A stretch of DNA of 33,377 nucleotides from a virus (taxonomy: Duplodnaviria > Caudoviricetes): IMG/VR virus record IMGVR_UViG_3300045580_000128, positions 1 to 33,377 of that record. The stretch is one strand, 5' to 3'. Below the pieces are notes generated by a model. That model saw only the letters and a list, made by a program, of their open reading frames with translations, searched no databases and was not told the origin of the DNA. The translations under genes were made by a program, and so were the position numbers. This document shows, piece after piece, positions 22,988 through 33,377 of this stretch (positions are counted from its first letter, which is position 1; each line of letters opens with the position of its first letter).

Positions 22988-24969
22988 GTAAATCTAAGCT
23001 AAAGATTATAGACGAAGCTTGGTTGGGTCTGGATAATATAGAAACAGACCTATTTAACCCAATGTCTATATTAAAGTCCTCTGATGACGATTTTCATCTT
23101 AAGCTTTCTTGGCTAATGAGTAGGCCAGACTATCTTTCTTTTTTTGCTAATCACATTCTAAATATACAGCTATTACCATCTCAGAGCCTTATTATTAAAG
23201 AGTTATGGGAAAGAAAATTTCCAATGCTTATTGCTAGTCGAGGATTTGGTAAATCATTCAAACTATCTGTATATTCTATGCTTAGAGCTTTAATGCTTCC
23301 TCGCAGAAAGATTGTTATAGTTGGCGCTGCATTTAGGCAGTCTAAAGTAGTATTTGAATATATGGAAACAATTTGGAGAAATTCTCCAATGTTAAGAGAT
23401 ATGTGCGATGCAGACAGTGGCCCTCGTAGAGATACAGACAGATGTGTGATGCGTATTAATGACAGTATTATTACTTGTTTACCTCTAGGCGACGGCCAAA
23501 AGATTAGAGGCCAAAGAGCAAATGATATTATTGCTGACGAATTTGCTTCTATTCCTAGAGATATTTTTGAAAATGTTGTTGCTGGCTTTGCAGCCGTAAG
23601 TGCTGATCCTGTTGAAAACGTCAAAAGATTAGCCGCGCAGAATAAGGCTAAAGAACTTGGGGTAGAAATCATAGCAGAAGATACGCCAAAAGATCAAAAA
23701 GATAATCAAATTATTTTGTCTGGTACAGCCTATTATGACTTTAATCACTTTGCCACATACTGGAAAAAGTGGCAGTCCATTATAAAAAGTAGAGGCGTTC
23801 CTTCTAGATTAAGGGAAATTTTTAATGGCGACGATCCGCCAGAGAACTTTGATTGGACACAATATTCTATTATAAGAATGCCATATGAATTATTGCCACC
23901 AGGATTTATGGATGCTGATCAAGTTGCTAGATCTAAAGCTACTGTTCATGCTGGTATCTATCAAATGGAATATGGGGCTTGTTTCACTAGAGATAGTCAA
24001 GGATTCTTTAAGAGATCATTAATAGAGTCTTGCGTAATATCCAAGGATTCTACTATTAAAGATAGTAAAGGTAATGAGATTCATTTTGAAGCATCTTTAA
24101 TGGGAGATCCTAATAAAAGATATATTTTTGGAGTTGACCCAGCATCAGAAGTTGATAACTTCAGCATTATTATTTTAGAAGCTAATCCTGACCATAGAAG
24201 AATAGTTCACTGTTGGACAACAACGAGGTCAGAACATAAAGAACTTGTTAAAAAGGGTTATTCCAATGAAACTGATTTCTATTCATATTGTGCTAGAAAA
24301 ATTAGAGATCTAATGGCTCTATATCCTTGCATACATATATCAATAGACGCACAGGGCGGTGGCATAGCTGTTATAGAATCTTTACACGATCAAGATAAAA
24401 TTAAAGATGGCGAATTGCCATTATGGCCTATAATAGAAGATGACAAGCCAAAGGATACAGATGGCGAACGCGGATTACATATTATAGAACCATGCCAGTT
24501 CGCTAGACACGATTGGTTAGCAGAAGCAAATCATGGTATGAGAAAGGATTTTGAAGATAAAGTGTTACTATTTCCTTATTTTGACACCATATCTCTTAGC
24601 TTGTCCAACGCAGAAGATTCAATTAAAAATAGAATGTTTGATACTCTAGAAGAATGTGTTCTAGAAATAGAAGAGCTAAAAGATGAGTTGTCTATGATAC
24701 AGATGACACAAACCAATAGCGGAAGAGATAGGTGGGATACTCCAGAAGTCATAGTTGGAACTGGTAAAAAAAGCAAGATGAGAAAAGACAGATACTCTGC
24801 TCTATTAATGGCAAATATGGCTGCTAGAGTTTTACAAAGAACTCCAACTCCAGAAGCCTACCAGTTTTATGGAGGATTTGCTACCGGTGGACATGCTCAG
24901 AAAAATCCATCAGAAAAAATGTATACTGGCCCAAGCTGGTTCGCTGAACAAATGAAAGATGTGTATTAA
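22984..24969 (+). CDS. terL: terminase large subunit
   Basis: Walker A ASRGFGKS, Walker B IIADE, motif III LSGT, RNase H-like FGVDPA, IDAQGGG, KDRYSA. Confidence 0.9.
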   Translation: MSKSKLKIIDEAWLGLDNIETDLFNPMSILKSSDDDFHLKLSWLMSRPDYLSFFANHILNIQLLPSQSLIIKELWERKFPMLIASRGFGKSFKLSVYSMLRALMLPRRKIVIVGAAFRQSKVVFEYMETIWRNSPMLRDMCDADSGPRRDTDRCVMRINDSIITCLPLGDGQKIRGQRANDIIADEFASIPRDIFENVVAGFAAVSADPVENVKRLAAQNKAKELGVEIIAEDTPKDQKDNQIILSGTAYYDFNHFATYWKKWQSIIKSRGVPSRLREIFNGDDPPENFDWTQYSIIRMPYELLPPGFMDADQVARSKATVHAGIYQMEYGACFTRDSQGFFKRSLIESCVISKDSTIKDSKGNEIHFEASLMGDPNKRYIFGVDPASEVDNFSIIILEANPDHRRIVHCWTTTRSEHKELVKKGYSNETDFYSYCARKIRDLMALYPCIHISIDAQGGGIAVIESLHDQDKIKDGELPLWPIIEDDKPKDTDGERGLHIIEPCQFARHDWLAEANHGMRKDFEDKVLLFPYFDTISLSLSNAEDSIKNRMFDTLEECVLEIEELKDELSMIQMTQTNSGRDRWDTPEVIVGTGKKSKMRKDRYSALLMANMAARVLQRTPTPEAYQFYGGFATGGHAQKNPSEKMYTGPSWFAEQMKDVY

Positions 24970-25006
24970 TTAGTGGCAATCCAATTACAATCCCATTGAG
25001 GTAATC

Positions 25007-27097
25007 ATGAGTGATAATAGTGAAATGGTAATGTGGTCAGATGACAATCCCACAAGTAAATCCCAAGCAATGTCTCAATTTTCTGACAACGTTGATGCTT
25101 ATGGGGGTCTAGCCAAAACTCAGGGCAGCACGTATAGAAATTTTACAGATATAGAACCAAATCGAACCGTCAAGCCTGGGTTTTCTCACTTAGATTACTA
25201 CGCTTTTAGGCCGAACGAGGCCGTACCTTCTCAGCAGCGTAAAGCAATTAAAATGTGCATGGATGCTTACGATAAAGTTGGCATCATTAGAAACATTATT
25301 GATCTCATGGGAGACTTTGGTTGCCAAGGCATTCAAATAGTACACCCAAACAAAAGCGTAGAAAGATTTTATCAGCAATGGTTTAAAAGCGTTAATGGCA
25401 AGGAGCGTTCAGAACGCTTTTTGAATAACTTATATAAAACTGGTAATGTCATTACATATCGTAGTTATGCTAAAATTACTCCTCAAATAGAGCAGTACAT
25501 GAAATCGCTGGCATCCGATATTAAAGTAGAAATTCCCAAAATGACTACGCGAGAAATTCCTTGGAGATATAACTTTTTTAATCCTCTCAACGTAGAGCAT
25601 AAAGATGGTGCCCTCTCTCTATTTCTTGGGAAATCTTCTTACGTAGTTAATTTGGGAACGTTTTTTGATAGATTCGTAGACGGCGATGTTCAAGGCGACG
25701 TTATTAATACTCTGCCAGAAAATATCAAGCAGGCTCTTAAGAGTGGTCAGAAAAAAGTACCACTAGATGTTGATAGACTAAGTGTTTTTCACTATAAGAA
25801 GGATGATTGGCAATTATGGGCTAATCCCATGATTTACGCAATATTAGACGATATTATCATGCTTGAAAAAATGAGATTAGCAGACTTATCGGCCCTTGAC
25901 GGTGCTATATCTAATATTAGACTGTGGACACTTGGTAGTCTTGAGCATAAGATTTTACCAAATAAGCCAGCTATTAATAAATTAAGAGATATATTAGCTA
26001 GCAATGTTGGCGGCGGAACAATGGAGCTTGTTTGGGGTCCAGAGTTAACATTTAAAGAGTCTAGTAGCGAAGTCTATAAGTTCCTTGGCTCTGAGAAGTA
26101 TACCGCAGTGCTAAACAGTATATATGCTGGACTTGGTGTTCCTCCAACACTTACAGGCATGGCTACTAACGGCGGTGGATTTACTAATAACTTTATATCA
26201 TTAAAGACTTTAGTAGAACGTTTACAATATGGCAGAGATTTGCTAGTTAAATTCTGGGAAAAAGAAATTGAACTTGTTAGAAGATCTATGGGCTTTAGAA
26301 ATAAGGCTTATGTTCAATTTGACCAAATGAGCTTATCTGATGAAGCTGCCGAAAAGAATTTACTAATACAATTAGCTGATAGAGACATTATTAGCCATGA
26401 AACCCTGCTATCTAGATTCAAGGAAATTCCACAAGTAGAAAAGATTAGACTACAAAGAGAGGTTGAGGAGAGATCTGGCGATAAAACCCCGAATAAGGCT
26501 GGCCCATATCATAATCCACAACATAAAGAAAATCTAGAAAAGATTGCTCTTCAAACTAATCAAGTCTTGCCGCAAGACGTTGGTATCAAAACAACAGTAC
26601 CAAAAGATATACTTATTCCTAAGCCCGCCCCAGCCGCTCCAGTTGGAACATCTCCAGGCCAACCAAAGCCAGCCAACCAAAACGGAAGACCACCATTATC
26701 CAAAGATTCACAACAGCGTAAACAAAGAATAGCAAAGCCTCGATCCAAGCCAGGGGTTGCAGAGCTTGTTGTTTGGGCTGAGACAGCTTGGGACAATATT
26801 TCAGATATCTTAAATAATGCTTATCTTAACTGTAAGAGCAAAAAAAACTTGAGACAGTTAACAAAGGCAGAAGCCAACGAATTAGAACAACTTAAGATCG
26901 ATGTTTTAACAAATGTAGATCTTATGGAAAACGTTACAGAAGCTTCAGTTACAGATTTATTAAAGAATCAAAAATCTGCTCCCAAAGAATTTATGGATCT
27001 CTTAAAAGAATATAATATTAATTTTGATTCAATGAACATAGAGCAATATAGAAGAAACATTGTTGGTTTATATATAGAGCAAAATGTCTCTGTTTAA
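25007..27097 (+). CDS. portal protein
   Basis: 696 aa directly after terL; helical content and a GLGVPPTL motif. Assignment rests largely on synteny. Confidence 0.75.
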   Translation: MSDNSEMVMWSDDNPTSKSQAMSQFSDNVDAYGGLAKTQGSTYRNFTDIEPNRTVKPGFSHLDYYAFRPNEAVPSQQRKAIKMCMDAYDKVGIIRNIIDLMGDFGCQGIQIVHPNKSVERFYQQWFKSVNGKERSERFLNNLYKTGNVITYRSYAKITPQIEQYMKSLASDIKVEIPKMTTREIPWRYNFFNPLNVEHKDGALSLFLGKSSYVVNLGTFFDRFVDGDVQGDVINTLPENIKQALKSGQKKVPLDVDRLSVFHYKKDDWQLWANPMIYAILDDIIMLEKMRLADLSALDGAISNIRLWTLGSLEHKILPNKPAINKLRDILASNVGGGTMELVWGPELTFKESSSEVYKFLGSEKYTAVLNSIYAGLGVPPTLTGMATNGGGFTNNFISLKTLVERLQYGRDLLVKFWEKEIELVRRSMGFRNKAYVQFDQMSLSDEAAEKNLLIQLADRDIISHETLLSRFKEIPQVEKIRLQREVEERSGDKTPNKAGPYHNPQHKENLEKIALQTNQVLPQDVGIKTTVPKDILIPKPAPAAPVGTSPGQPKPANQNGRPPLSKDSQQRKQRIAKPRSKPGVAELVVWAETAWDNISDILNNAYLNCKSKKNLRQLTKAEANELEQLKIDVLTNVDLMENVTEASVTDLLKNQKSAPKEFMDLLKEYNINFDSMNIEQYRRNIVGLYIEQNVSV

Positions 27098-27147
27098 CGT
27101 GCAAATCTCTTTTTGTGTATATTATTTTTGAGAGGCACACACCAATA

Positions 27148-28599
27148 ATGAATATATATAAACAAGAAATTCTAGACGGTTTATCCGAGACTATTAAGGC
27201 GCAAGCAAGCATTGCTTATTGTGCGCCTGCTATATTGGTTAATAATATTGATCAAGATAGCTCTTGGGATGTATCTAGACAAACAATACAAAAAATTAGA
27301 GCTTCTAGTAATCCAAATCAGATAGACTTATATTATCTTAAGTCCATTTTAGTTTCTACTGGTTGGAATAAAAACGACGATGTTTTTGATCCAAAAGAAA
27401 CTTGGGCAGCTAGATCTACTCCAGAAGACAAACAATTTAACTTCATGCACAATGAAAACGATATCATTGGGCATATTACTGGTAGTTATGTAGTCGATAG
27501 ACAGGGACAAAAAATCCTAGCAGAAGATTCCGAAGAAGTACCACTAGAGTTTGATATTGTTACAGAAGCTGTTCTCTATAATAGCTGGACTAATCCAGAT
27601 AATAGAGAAAGAATGCAAAAAATAATATCAGAAATTGAAGATGGCAAGTGGTTCGTTTCAATGGAGTGTTTATTTGCTAACTTTGATTACTCAGTATTAG
27701 ACAATAATGGCAACGCAAGAATTATCACACGTAGCGAAGAGTCGGCGTTTTTGACAAAGCACTTAAGAGCATACGGTGGTACAGGAGAGTATGAAGGCTA
27801 TAAAATTGGTAGATCATTAAGAGACATTTCTTTTTCTGGTAAAGGTCTAGTATCTAAACCAGCTAACCCAAGAAGTGTGATTCTTGATTCTAGCAAAGCT
27901 TTCTCTGCTAAAAAAGAAGAGTATAGTATTTCAAACGTTTCTAAAGGAGATATTAATATGTCAGATACTAACTTAGAGAAGCAGCTAGCTGATCTACAAG
28001 GTGAGTTAGCTTCTTCACAAGAGCAAGTCAAGACAGCAAAGGCAGAAGTTGAATCTGTAACACAAGAATTTACAGACAAGGTTTCTACACTTGAGTCTAG
28101 TCTTGCCGAAAGAGAAACAGCTATCAAAGCTTTTGAAGAAAAGGTAGCATCTCTAGAAGAGGCTATTGCAGCCAAAGATAAAGAGCTTTCTGAACTTTCT
28201 GCCGCTATGAAAGATATGCAAAAGAAAGAAAAGGATCGTATGCGTAAAGAAAAGCTAGTCATGGCTGGCTTTGAAGACGCAGAAGCTGAAGAGTCAGTTT
28301 CTCTTTATGACGCCCTAAGCGACGAAGCTTTTGAAGCTGTAGTTGCTGGCATGAAAAAGAAGTGGGGCGCTATGAAAGATAAGATGATGAAAGAAAAAGA
28401 AAAAGAAATGGCTTCTGAAACAACTGTAGCTTCCGAACAGGAAACAACAGAAACAGCTACAGAAGCAACTTCTGAACTTTTTGAAGGTGTCGAATCAACA
28501 GAAGCCACTCTTGTAGATGCTTCTGATGTAAATGATGAGTTAGAGGCTACAAGAGCTAGTGTAGCAGAGTGGCTAACAGAAAACGTCCTACGTAAGTGA
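27148..28599 (+). CDS. prohead protease/scaffold fusion
   Basis: N-terminal NKNDD..FNFMH..IIGHI..VSMEC..GLVSKPA protease-like region and an acidic coiled-coil C-half; ATG at 27148 after GAGG. Confidence 0.7.
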   Translation: MNIYKQEILDGLSETIKAQASIAYCAPAILVNNIDQDSSWDVSRQTIQKIRASSNPNQIDLYYLKSILVSTGWNKNDDVFDPKETWAARSTPEDKQFNFMHNENDIIGHITGSYVVDRQGQKILAEDSEEVPLEFDIVTEAVLYNSWTNPDNRERMQKIISEIEDGKWFVSMECLFANFDYSVLDNNGNARIITRSEESAFLTKHLRAYGGTGEYEGYKIGRSLRDISFSGKGLVSKPANPRSVILDSSKAFSAKKEEYSISNVSKGDINMSDTNLEKQLADLQGELASSQEQVKTAKAEVESVTQEFTDKVSTLESSLAERETAIKAFEEKVASLEEAIAAKDKELSELSAAMKDMQKKEKDRMRKEKLVMAGFEDAEAEESVSLYDALSDEAFEAVVAGMKKKWGAMKDKMMKEKEKEMASETTVASEQETTETATEATSELFEGVESTEATLVDASDVNDELEATRASVAEWLTENVLRK

Positions 28600-28619
28600 T
28601 TTAAACAGGAGAAAAAACT

Positions 28620-29087
28620 ATGGCTCTAAAATCAGATAGATATGAGTTTCAAACTGATATCAGTTTCTTTTACAACGAAGGCACTGCTACTCGCGGTGGC
28701 GTAGTTGTACATGATACAGCCGGTTCTGGTGCAGCTATGGATCAAGGTGTTAACCTTGTGAAGTATGCCGCAGCAACATCGGCAAGTCGCCCGGTAGGCA
28801 TTCTACTTAACGACGTTGTAAATAAGGATCTAACCCGAACACACCTCAATGTCTATAAGGACGAGGTACAAAAGGGTGGTAAGGTTACTGTACTCCGCAA
28901 GGGTTACGTTGTAACAAATAATATTACTGGTACTCCAAATGCCGGTGACGCTGCTTATGCTTGCCACGTAACTGCTGGCAATCTACGCCCCGATTCACCC
29001 GGTAGCTCTGGCGTACTAATGGTTGGCCGTTTCCTTTCTACAAAGGATGAAGACGGTTATGCCAAAGTAGAAGTTAACCTTCCCTGA
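28620..29087 (+). CDS. capsid decoration/cement protein
   Basis: 155-aa Gly/Val-rich beta protein between scaffold and capsid genes; strong RBS. Confidence 0.6.
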   Translation: MALKSDRYEFQTDISFFYNEGTATRGGVVVHDTAGSGAAMDQGVNLVKYAAATSASRPVGILLNDVVNKDLTRTHLNVYKDEVQKGGKVTVLRKGYVVTNNITGTPNAGDAAYACHVTAGNLRPDSPGSSGVLMVGRFLSTKDEDGYAKVEVNLP

Positions 29088-29116
29088 CTAATAAATTAAA
29101 CAAAGGAGATTTAAAC

Positions 29117-30124
29117 ATGCCAATTAATAAAAGACCTAGCGATGAGTTTATCGCTCTCCTACGTAAGTCAGGGGATGCCGATATCAATGTTGCTGCGGCT
29201 GCTCAGCATGAGTTTGCCAAGGCTCTAGAACTACCCCTTCGTAAGGGCGTTCTCGTTGGTAACATTCTTGGTAACATTTTCGAAACCATCAATGTTGAAG
29301 CCGGTTCTACAACAGAGTATCCTCTTGATCTAGTTTCTCCTGGCCTTGAAGGTGAGCACGTTGCTTACACCAATCCTGGCCACGGTAGAATTCCAGAAAG
29401 ATCTGTTGAGAGCGACTATGTGATGATCCCAACATACAGCATCACATCTTCTGTAGACTATCTCCTTCGCTATGCTCGCGAAGCCAGATGGGATATCGTT
29501 GGTCGCGCCATGCAGGTCATGGAAGCTGGTTTTACAAAGAAGATGAACGACGATGGCTGGCATACACTTCTAGCCGCTGGCGTTGATCGTAACATCCTAG
29601 TTTATGACGCTGATGCTACAGCCGGTCTTTTCAGTAAGAGACTTGTTTCTCTTATGCAGACCGTAATGCGTCGTAACTCTGGTGGTAATAGTGCTTCTAC
29701 TGGCCGTGGTCGTTTAACTGACCTCTACGTTAGTCCAGAAGCTCTAGAAGATGTTCGTAACTGGGGTCTAGATCAAGTCGATGAAGTAACACGAAGAGAA
29801 ATTTACACCGCTGCTCCAGACAGTGCTGTAATCACAAGAATCTTCGGTGTCAATCTTCATGATCTTGACGAACTAGGCGAAGGCCAGGAATATCAGAACT
29901 TCGTAACATCGGATCTCGGTGGCGCTCTACAGGCTAGCGATCTAGAACTCGTTGTTGGTCTTGACCAATCAACCAGTGACAGTTTCGTAATGCCCGTCAA
30001 GGAGCAACTCCAAGTATTCGAAGATCCAACCCTACACCGTCAGCAGCGCGCTGGCTACTACGGTTGGTCAGAACTTGGTTTCGGTGTTCTTGATAACCGT
30101 AGAGTAATTCTAGGTTCTTTCTAA
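29117..30124 (+). CDS. major capsid protein (HK97-fold expected)
   Basis: 335 aa; synteny, strongly biased codons (CGT, GGT), followed by a terminator. Confidence 0.8.
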   Translation: MPINKRPSDEFIALLRKSGDADINVAAAAQHEFAKALELPLRKGVLVGNILGNIFETINVEAGSTTEYPLDLVSPGLEGEHVAYTNPGHGRIPERSVESDYVMIPTYSITSSVDYLLRYAREARWDIVGRAMQVMEAGFTKKMNDDGWHTLLAAGVDRNILVYDADATAGLFSKRLVSLMQTVMRRNSGGNSASTGRGRLTDLYVSPEALEDVRNWGLDQVDEVTRREIYTAAPDSAVITRIFGVNLHDLDELGEGQEYQNFVTSDLGGALQASDLELVVGLDQSTSDSFVMPVKEQLQVFEDPTLHRQQRAGYYGWSELGFGVLDNRRVILGSF

Positions 30125-30153
30125 TCTAAGATTAGAGTTCTAGAAATCAGATT

Positions 30154-30188
30154 AAGGCCACCCTCATTTTATTGGGGGTGGCTTTTTT
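30154..30188 (+). terminator. intrinsic terminator
   Basis: GGCCACCCTC-ATTTTATT-GGGGGTGGCT followed by TTTTT. Confidence 0.85.
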
Positions 30189-30239
30189 CGTGTATACTAA
30201 ACTAGAAGAAGTCTATGCGACTCTAATTAGGAGAAAATT

Positions 30240-30932
30240 ATGGCAGCATTATCGGATTATTTGGAGTCGGGTCTACTTAATCATATCTTTAGAAACACAC
30301 CGTTTAATAGACCCTCTACTATTGCAATTGCTCTTACTAGTGGTGTGCCACTAGATTCAGATTCTGGTTCTACTATACCAGAGCTACCGTCTGGCGTCAA
30401 TAGAGGTACTAATTTTGTTCCAACAAATTATAAAAGAATAAATTTAGGCAATCCAGCAACTGTTGGCAACAATGTATGGAACGCTGTTGGCGTAGATGAT
30501 ACCACAGTTTTTTCTGTGTATGGAACTAGCTCCTCTGGCGCAACTGTTGGTCAGAGCGGTTATTTTTATCCATTATATTTAAATCAAAGCACTGCCTTGG
30601 CGGCATCTACTGGATTTACTCAATCTTATAGATTTAGAGAATTTCCTAGTGTAACATTTCATGCCCCAACAAATTTACAACAAACAGCAATGAGTGGCGA
30701 TCCAGGATACACTAAGTATGATGGCAATGGTTTTATCAAAAATTCTTCTCAAATAGTATTTGATACAGCGTTAACAGATTGGGGTTGGGTATCTGGTATA
30801 GCTATAGTAGATACTGCTAATTATGGATCTGGTAATCTATTAATGTATGCAAAGATAGAAAATCCACGTTATATTTATACTGGCGATAATATTAAGTTCG
30901 ATATTAACTCTTTAGAAATAAGTTTAAAGTAG
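30240..30932 (+). CDS. virion structural protein (tail/fibre-associated family)
   Basis: SDYLESGLLNHIFR N-terminus and DWGWVSGIAIVD..GNLLMY..GDNIKF C-terminus. Confidence 0.65.
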   Translation: MAALSDYLESGLLNHIFRNTPFNRPSTIAIALTSGVPLDSDSGSTIPELPSGVNRGTNFVPTNYKRINLGNPATVGNNVWNAVGVDDTTVFSVYGTSSSGATVGQSGYFYPLYLNQSTALAASTGFTQSYRFREFPSVTFHAPTNLQQTAMSGDPGYTKYDGNGFIKNSSQIVFDTALTDWGWVSGIAIVDTANYGSGNLLMYAKIENPRYIYTGDNIKFDINSLEISLK

Positions 30933-30933
30933 A

Positions 30934-33377
30934 ATGATTTTAAGCAAGTCCCAACTTGTTGAGAACATACTTACTGAGCTATCTGATAATTCTACTGGAC
31001 AAATATCGCCATACGATATACGTCACAACCTATTAGACATTATAGATTCAGTAGCAGTATTACTTCAAAACAACGATTTAGATACCAATAACTTTTCATC
31101 TCCCGCTACTAGAACTACTAGGGCTGGGCATCATACTATAGAAAATTTAGCTTTAAATGGCTATTTTAGTATAGATAATTCTGCATTTGGATTTGCTGCA
31201 CTAAAGTCCAACTATCAAGGTTCTAGGAATACAGCGGTAGGCTCACACTCTTTATCGTGCAATGTTTATGGTGAAGATAACGCTGCTCTTGGTTATAACG
31301 CTCTAGGCGGAAATACAAATGGCTTTGGTAATGTCGGTATTGGTAGCTATTCTTTAATTAACAACAAGATAGGAAATTTTAATGTAGCTATTGGTCACGG
31401 TGCTGGTTACTATGCCGATAGATTTACTTCTAACAAGTTGTTTATAGCTTCACATCAAGTTGATGACGCTTATATATGCTCCAATCCGCTAGGCTCTGGC
31501 CTAACACCACTAATCTATGGAGATTTTGACTCTAAACAGATTGGTATAAATACTAATACATTACAATCTAGCGGCACGCTAGAGGTCAATGGCGATATTA
31601 CTCCTTCGTCTGGCAATACTCACAACTTAGGCAATTCTAGCTATAGATGGAATAATTTATACACAAACTATATCTCTTTTAATAGTGGAATTTATCTATC
31701 TGCTGATGAGAATATTGTTACTAATACAAGTATTATAAGTAATAACAATAATTCAAGTATTGGAACGCTTGACCACCCTTGGTCTGGTGGATATTTTGAT
31801 AATATAGTTGTAAACGGTGTTGCAACCTTCAATAGGTTCAATGCTTATGAAACATGTGAATATTATTGCAAAACTATTCATTTAGCATCAAGCGGCGTTG
31901 TAGAAACTTTAGATGGTGGTGGTCCAACTAGCATATACGATTATGCTTATCAGTCGCCACTAATATACCAATGCTCACTTATTACTGATGAAGAGATGTT
32001 AGGTGCTGGTATTATAGCAAGCACTAGCGGAGTTGGATATCGTAGAGATTATAGATTCACATTCTTACCACCATCTTCTGGCTTACAGTGTGATACCAAT
32101 GGCTATGCTCAAGCTTCTTGGTATACAAATACTACTTTAGCCATTGATTCTGGAGCTTACTTGCGTACAAACCGTATAGTTAGTTATGATACTAATTGTC
32201 ATGGCATATTCTTTGATGGTGGCAACACTTATATTGGAAGAAAGAATATTTTAGATGCTAGACCATCTAGCTCTAATGGCAATATTGCTGGTCTTGGTAA
32301 TATTAATTTCATTTCTAATTCTGGTATTGTAAGCGACTATGTAGCCTCTATAGCATCCTTAGAGTCTGGAGTGAGCGTTTCTACAAGAATGCTGACTGGA
32401 ACTAAGAGAAGAGTTAAGGATGCTCAAAATAATAATAAAGATATTCTTACTGGCTTTGAGCTAAAGTTCATTGATACTAGTTCACAAAACTTATCTATAC
32501 CATCTGATAGACTTGTAGTAGGATCATATAACAATTCATCTTATATGTTCAATACTCTATCCTTGATGAAAGATGGATCTCAAGGCATTTGTGGCATTAA
32601 TGGCCTTGGTATACTGTCTGAGAATATAGTTCCAAAAACAGCTTTAGATATTCGCACAACTGGTAATGCTATAATTAGGTCTACAGCAGAAAATCAAAGT
32701 AAAACTATTGCTGCTTTACAGTTATTTGGCGAACAAAGCTGTGAGTATAAGGGCTTAGAAATTGCTTATCTTAACACAAGTGGTGTTGCAGATCTAAGCG
32801 TATACAAAGATTCTGGCAAGCAAGTATTTTTTAGATTATATGATAATAATACTGTTGGATTATTTACTAGCAGCGGAACATCCAATGCTATGTTAACTTT
32901 AGGTGATAATTTTAGAAATACAGCCGCTATTAGTCTTAAAGATTATAATGGATCACCAACCGCAACCAGTACATATGGTAAACTTTTTGTTAAACCAAAG
33001 ATTGCAGATTATCAAGCTCAGTCTGTATTCTTCATGGATGGTAGCGGCAACACACACGACCTTATTCTTAATAAGTTTGATGTTAACGATGCTAGATTAC
33101 TATTTACTGATAATTTTGAAAATACTTTTGGTGGAGTTCAGTCCCCACGATCACGCATTTTGTCTGGCGTAACTGGCAATACTGCTTTAGGTTATAGGTC
33201 TTTATATTCTCTATCTAATGGCGATTTTAATGTCACTATAGGTAGCTACGCTGGTAGTGGAATTACAACTGGCTCAAATAATACTATTATTGGCCCATAT
33301 TCTGCTAGAAATATATCTACAGGTTCTAATAATATTGTTATTGGTAATAGTGGTTTTAATAATACTATTAATAGTGC
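30934..33377 (+). CDS. tail-fibre/adhesin-like protein, truncated by the window end (not in ORF track)
   Basis: Starts MILSKSQLVENILTELSDNSTGQISPYDIR; frame spot-checked open to the window end. ~14-aa repeats NTAVGSHSL, NAALGYNAL, NVGIGSYSL, NVAIGHGAG, NTALGYRSL of the YadA-head-like beta-roll type. Confidence 0.8.
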   Translation, partial: MILSKSQLVENILTELSDNSTGQISPYDIRHNLLDIIDSVAVLLQNNDLDTNNFSSPATRTTRAGHHTIENLALNGYFSIDNSAFGFAALKSNYQGSRNTAVGSHSLSCNVYGEDNAALGYNALGGNTNGFGNVGIGSYSLINNKIGNFNVAIGHGAGYYADRFTSNKLFIASHQVDDAYICSNPLGSGLTPLIYGDFDSKQIGINTNTLQSSGTLEVNGDITPSSGNTHNLGNSSYRWNNLYTNYISFNSGIYLSADENIVTNTSIISNNNNSSIGTLDHPWSGGYFDNIVVNGVATFNRFNAYETCEYYCKTIHLASSGVVETLDGGGPTSIYDYAYQSPLIYQCSLITDEEMLGAGIIASTSGVGYRRDYRFTFLPPSSGLQCDTNGYAQASWYTNTTLAIDSGAYLRTNRIVSYDTNCHGIFFDGGNTYIGRKNILDARPSSSNGNIAGLGNINFISNSGIVSDYVASIASLESGVSVSTRMLTGTKRRVKDAQNNNKDILTGFELKFIDTSSQNLSIPSDRLVVGSYNNSSYMFNTLSLMKDGSQGICGINGLGILSENIVPKTALDIRTTGNAIIRSTAENQSKTIAALQLFGEQSCEYKGLEIAYLNTSGVADLSVYKDSGKQVFFRLYDNNTVGLFTSSGTSNAMLTLGDNFRNTAAISLKDYNGSPTATSTYGKLFVKPKIADYQAQSVFFMDGSGNTHDLILNKFDVNDARLLFTDNFENTFGGVQSPRSRILSGVTGNTALGYRSLYSLSNGDFNVTIGSYAGSGITTGSNNTIIGPYSARNISTGSNNIVIGNSGFNNTINS

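Noticed and set aside
23181-29563. Minus-strand ORFs within terminase, portal, scaffold and capsid genes
   Set aside because: Antisense shadows with no independent expression signals.
32903-33172. 89-aa ORF from the ORF track
   Set aside because: It is out of frame inside the long tail-fibre-like gene starting at 30934.
18103-33377. Stop-codon reassignment, introns or inteins
   Set aside because: Core genes are intact and tightly packed in the standard code, all three stops are used, no suppressor tRNA was seen, and terL shows no intein motif.

Overview
Segment of a large tailed dsDNA phage (Caudoviricetes); the host is probably a member of Planctomycetota, inferred from a planctomycete-type 'LENLENRLAL' export motif on an S8 protease and a PEP-CTERM-tailed protein. 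The left ~16.6 kb is a minus-strand early/host-takeover region with more than 40 short genes and 9 tRNA genes. Recognisable products there include a DUF932-like protein, an L7/L12-CTD-like protein, a DUF1281-like protein, a kinase-fold protein, a GP88-like protein and a HAD-like protein. This region is divided by nine copies of an 82-bp element of invariant length (two 11-7-11 dyads CGTAAGTCCTT-N7-AAGGACTTACG separated by a 24-bp oriented GC core). Its promoters are composite: sigma70 boxes interleaved with a sigma28-like YWAAG-N15/16-GHCGATA promoter, plus one complete sigma54 + IHF + enhancer layout. From ~18.1 kb the plus strand carries a sigma-like factor, a putative terminase small subunit, gmd, HNH and ERCC4 nucleases, a ClpP-like protease, terminase large subunit, portal, prohead protease/scaffold, decoration protein, major capsid protein and a tail-fibre-like gene cut by the window end. 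All product calls come from motif recognition by eye; no database searches were run.
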